Source: an uncultured Pseudomonadota bacterium | GTDB lineage: Bacteria > Pseudomonadota > Alphaproteobacteria > RF32 > CAG-239 | Assembly (NCBI GenBank): GCA_949295005.1 | Contig: CASFJL010000001.1 | Span: 4,806-68,805 of the forward strand | Direction of reading: 5' to 3' | Length of the DNA: 64,000 nt | Part shown: positions 61,364 through 64,000 of the stretch, in pieces | Layout of the letters: the number at the start of each line of letters is the position of its first letter | Position numbering within the stretch: the first letter of the stretch is position 1 | Notes under the pieces: model-generated | What the model was told of the DNA's origin: nothing | The model's input: only the letters and a program-made list of their open reading frames with translations | Databases searched by the model: none | Program-made: the position numbers and the translations under genes

Positions 61364-64000
61364 TGAAAAAAATGGGAGCAAGGGCATACCGCCTGCACAA
61401 AATTGTAGATTTTATCGGTGTTATATTTTTAGCACTTTTTCTGCTGTTTTTATGGCAATTGTACCGTGGTCCCATTGCTGTTCCATTTTTAAAACCATAT
61501 ATTGTCAAGGCGCTTAATCATGATGACAGTGCTTATCAAGTAGATGTAGAGAGTGTGAATATTGAACTGGTTCGCTCAATTAAGCCATTAAAAATCATTG
61601 CCAATAATGTCAAATATAATAAAGCGGACGGGCATATCAGTATTACAGCGCCAAAGACAGCTTTGTCTTTCAGCATAAGAGCTTTGTTAAGAGGAATTAT
61701 TGCGCCCAGTTCAATAGAAGTAGAAAAACCAACAGTTTATGTTTTTAATAATTATGGCGTTGAAAAACAAGATAAAGAAGAAGTTAATCAGAAAAAACTA
61801 AAATATTATTTTGATGGTTTTGAAGAATTTTTAGAAAGATTTAATTCTGAAGATAAAACATATCCGGAGAGTTATATTAATGATATTTCCATCAAGAATG
61901 CTTCGGTAGAAATTCATGAAGTAGATTTGGGAAAAAAATGGGCCTTTTCAGATTTAAATTATGATTTTGAAAGAAATTTTACCAATATAGAAAGTCGTTT
62001 TAATGCATTAATAAAAAACAACGGCAGAGAAGCTTCAATTGGATTAGATGCGCAATATAGACCAATGAAAAATAAGTTGGCAATGCAACTTTATTTTTCA
62101 GAAGTTTATTTGAACGATATTATAGAAAATATTTTTGCAGAAGAAAAGACCAAGTTTCCGGTTAATATAGAAGCTCCGCTAAATGGTAAGTTAGATATTT
62201 TAATAAATTTTGCCGAGATTTTAAAAAATAAAGAAGATATTACACTGGCATTAGATAATGCCATAGAAAAAATTCGTTTTCAGTTTGAAGGAGGCAATGG
62301 TGTAGTCCGTTTTGCAGAGAGTAAGGAGTTTGATTATAAAATAAACGGTTTGATGATAGAAGGTGATGTAACAACGGATTTAAACAATTTAAGCATTGCT
62401 CAGGCAGATTTTGATTTAGGAACACAAAAAGCAAAAGTAGATATTGGAATAAGCGGTTTGAGAGATTTTTTGCTCAAAGGACAAAGTAATAACCTAAAAA
62501 TGCAATTAAAGACGCATATAGATTCATTGAAATTTGATGAATTATATAATTATTGGCCAAGATACGCCGGAACAGATGCTTGGGATTGGTGCAAAGAAAG
62601 TTTGTTTGGCGGAGAAATCAAAAATGCAAATTTCAGTTTTGAGTTTGCCTATGCACCCAAAAGTAAGCAGATTGAATTTCAAAAATTAGACGGCAAGGGT
62701 GATATTGCGGATGTTTCCTTAGATTATCTGACCGGAATGCCTCGTGTGACCAACATGTATGGTACGGCATATTTCAGCAATGATACAATTAAGATTGATT
62801 TTGACAAAGCTGTTTCAGACAATGTGTTGGTCAATAGCGGATATGTTAAATTATATGATTTAGATAAATATAATAATTATGCCGAAATTGATTTGGATAT
62901 AGAGTCAAGTGTGACAGATGCTTTGCGTTTGATTGATCATAAGCCCTTAAATTATGCAACAGAAATGGGCATAAAACCCGATGCTATTTCCGGAGATGCT
63001 AAGACCAAGCTCAATCTGAATTTTGAAATAAAACAAGATTTATTACCAGAAGAGGTGAAAGTTAAAGTCAATTCAGAGATAGCAAATGTCAAAATTCCAG
63101 ATGTTATAGATAAGAAAAATATACAGGCATCAAAGCTTAATTTGTTTGTTGATAATAATGGTTTATTGGTTGAAGGAGATGCCACATTAGACAATATTCC
63201 AATCAAATTGGTATGGAATGAAAATTTTGCCAACAAATTATATCAAAGTAAATATAACATCAGCTTTAAATTTGATGAAAAAGTCAAAAAACAAGCCGGA
63301 ATTACAAGTGAGTTTGTTAATGCGCCTTATATAAACGGAGATGTTTATGTAGATGCCATAATCACCAAATTTGATGATAAAAATATCAGAGTTGACGTGG
63401 TTGCCAATATGCAAGAAGCAGATGTTGATTTTTCATTTTTGGGCTTAAGGAAAAGAAAGTCAGAAAAAGGAGAGGCAAAGGTATCATTGGATTTTAATCA
63501 AGGAAAATTAAAATCTGTTTCCAATTTTGGTTTTGCAAAAAAAGATTTTAATTTATTTGGCAAAATGGATATAGATTCGCAAGGCAAAATAAAACTAATT
63601 GATATTTCTGAGATTAAAGCACCCAAAACAAATGCCAAAGCAAAAATAGAATTTGCCAATACCAAAAAGCAAAAAATCAAGATTACCGTTTCCGGAAACA
63701 GTTATGATTTATCAGAGTTTTTTGCAAAAGATGAACCGACGGTTACGGCTGACGGTAAGAAAAACACAGGTGTAAAAGAAGATGAAGACGCTCTGGAAAA
63801 AGTGACAGATACGGATATCTTCATTGCGGTAAATAATTTATGGACCAATGAATATGTTTCAATGAAAAATTTTGCCGGTTCGGCAAAGTTACGTTATGGT
63901 ATCGGAATTGAAGAAATGCACTTAATCGGAAATTTTGATTCTATTCAGAAAAAATTTCTGAAATTGGATTATTCCCCCAGACCAAATAAAGAATATCTTT
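61364..64000 (+). CDS. Large membrane-anchored protein, probably AsmA/YhdP (DUF3971)-like. It is 5'-complete and 3'-truncated by the window end.
   Basis: ATG at 61364, 3 nt after the prfB stop. The frame is open over more than 878 codons to the window end. The N-terminus is a basic stretch then a single TM helix (RLHKIVDFIGVIFLALFLLFLWQLY), and the remainder looks soluble with repetitive beta-rich sequence. Confidence 0.55.

Overview
This 64-kb window reads as a gene-dense, AT-rich chromosomal segment of an alphaproteobacterium. Its synteny is typical of Hyphomicrobiales/Rhizobiales, which suggests a low-GC Liberibacter- or Bartonella-like lineage. That assignment is an inference from gene order and composition, not a database result.

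Most of the window is conserved housekeeping. The recognisable genes and blocks are:
- ptsP (GAF-EI, nitrogen PTS)
- rodZ-ispG-prfA
- plsY-dprA-topA
- the envelope and translation cluster pyrH-frr-uppS-cdsA-rseP-bamA-lpxD-fabZ
- argS, gap-pgk, glgP
- tolC-popZ-valS
- eno
- rne-(M48/TPR BepA-like protease), divergent from amiC-mrcA-prfB

prfB carries the classic programmed +1 frameshift (CTT TGA C preceded by AGGAGG), which the ORF track does not show.

A large membrane-anchored ORF of more than 870 aa starts at 61364 and runs off the window end; it is also absent from the ORF track.

I found no rRNA, tRNA, CRISPR array, transposase or integrase.

The accessory or unusual content is:
- a structured about 870-bp non-coding repeat region between topA and an XRE regulator, made of duplicated units with paired hairpins, a 26-bp minisatellite and a strong minus-strand terminator
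- two lysine-rich orphan proteins sitting where Rhizobiales usually carry fba, after gap-pgk
- a transglutaminase-like Cys-His-Asp protein next to two very AT-rich polytopic membrane proteins, between valS and eno
- a tandem pair of paralogous secreted Cys-containing proteins upstream of Slt
- a truncated, motif-degenerate DEAD-box-like protein
- an orphan NarL/FixJ-type response regulator next to a TPR lipoprotein
- no lpxA/lpxB after fabZ

All functional calls come from motif recognition by eye and remembered family signatures. No searches were run.
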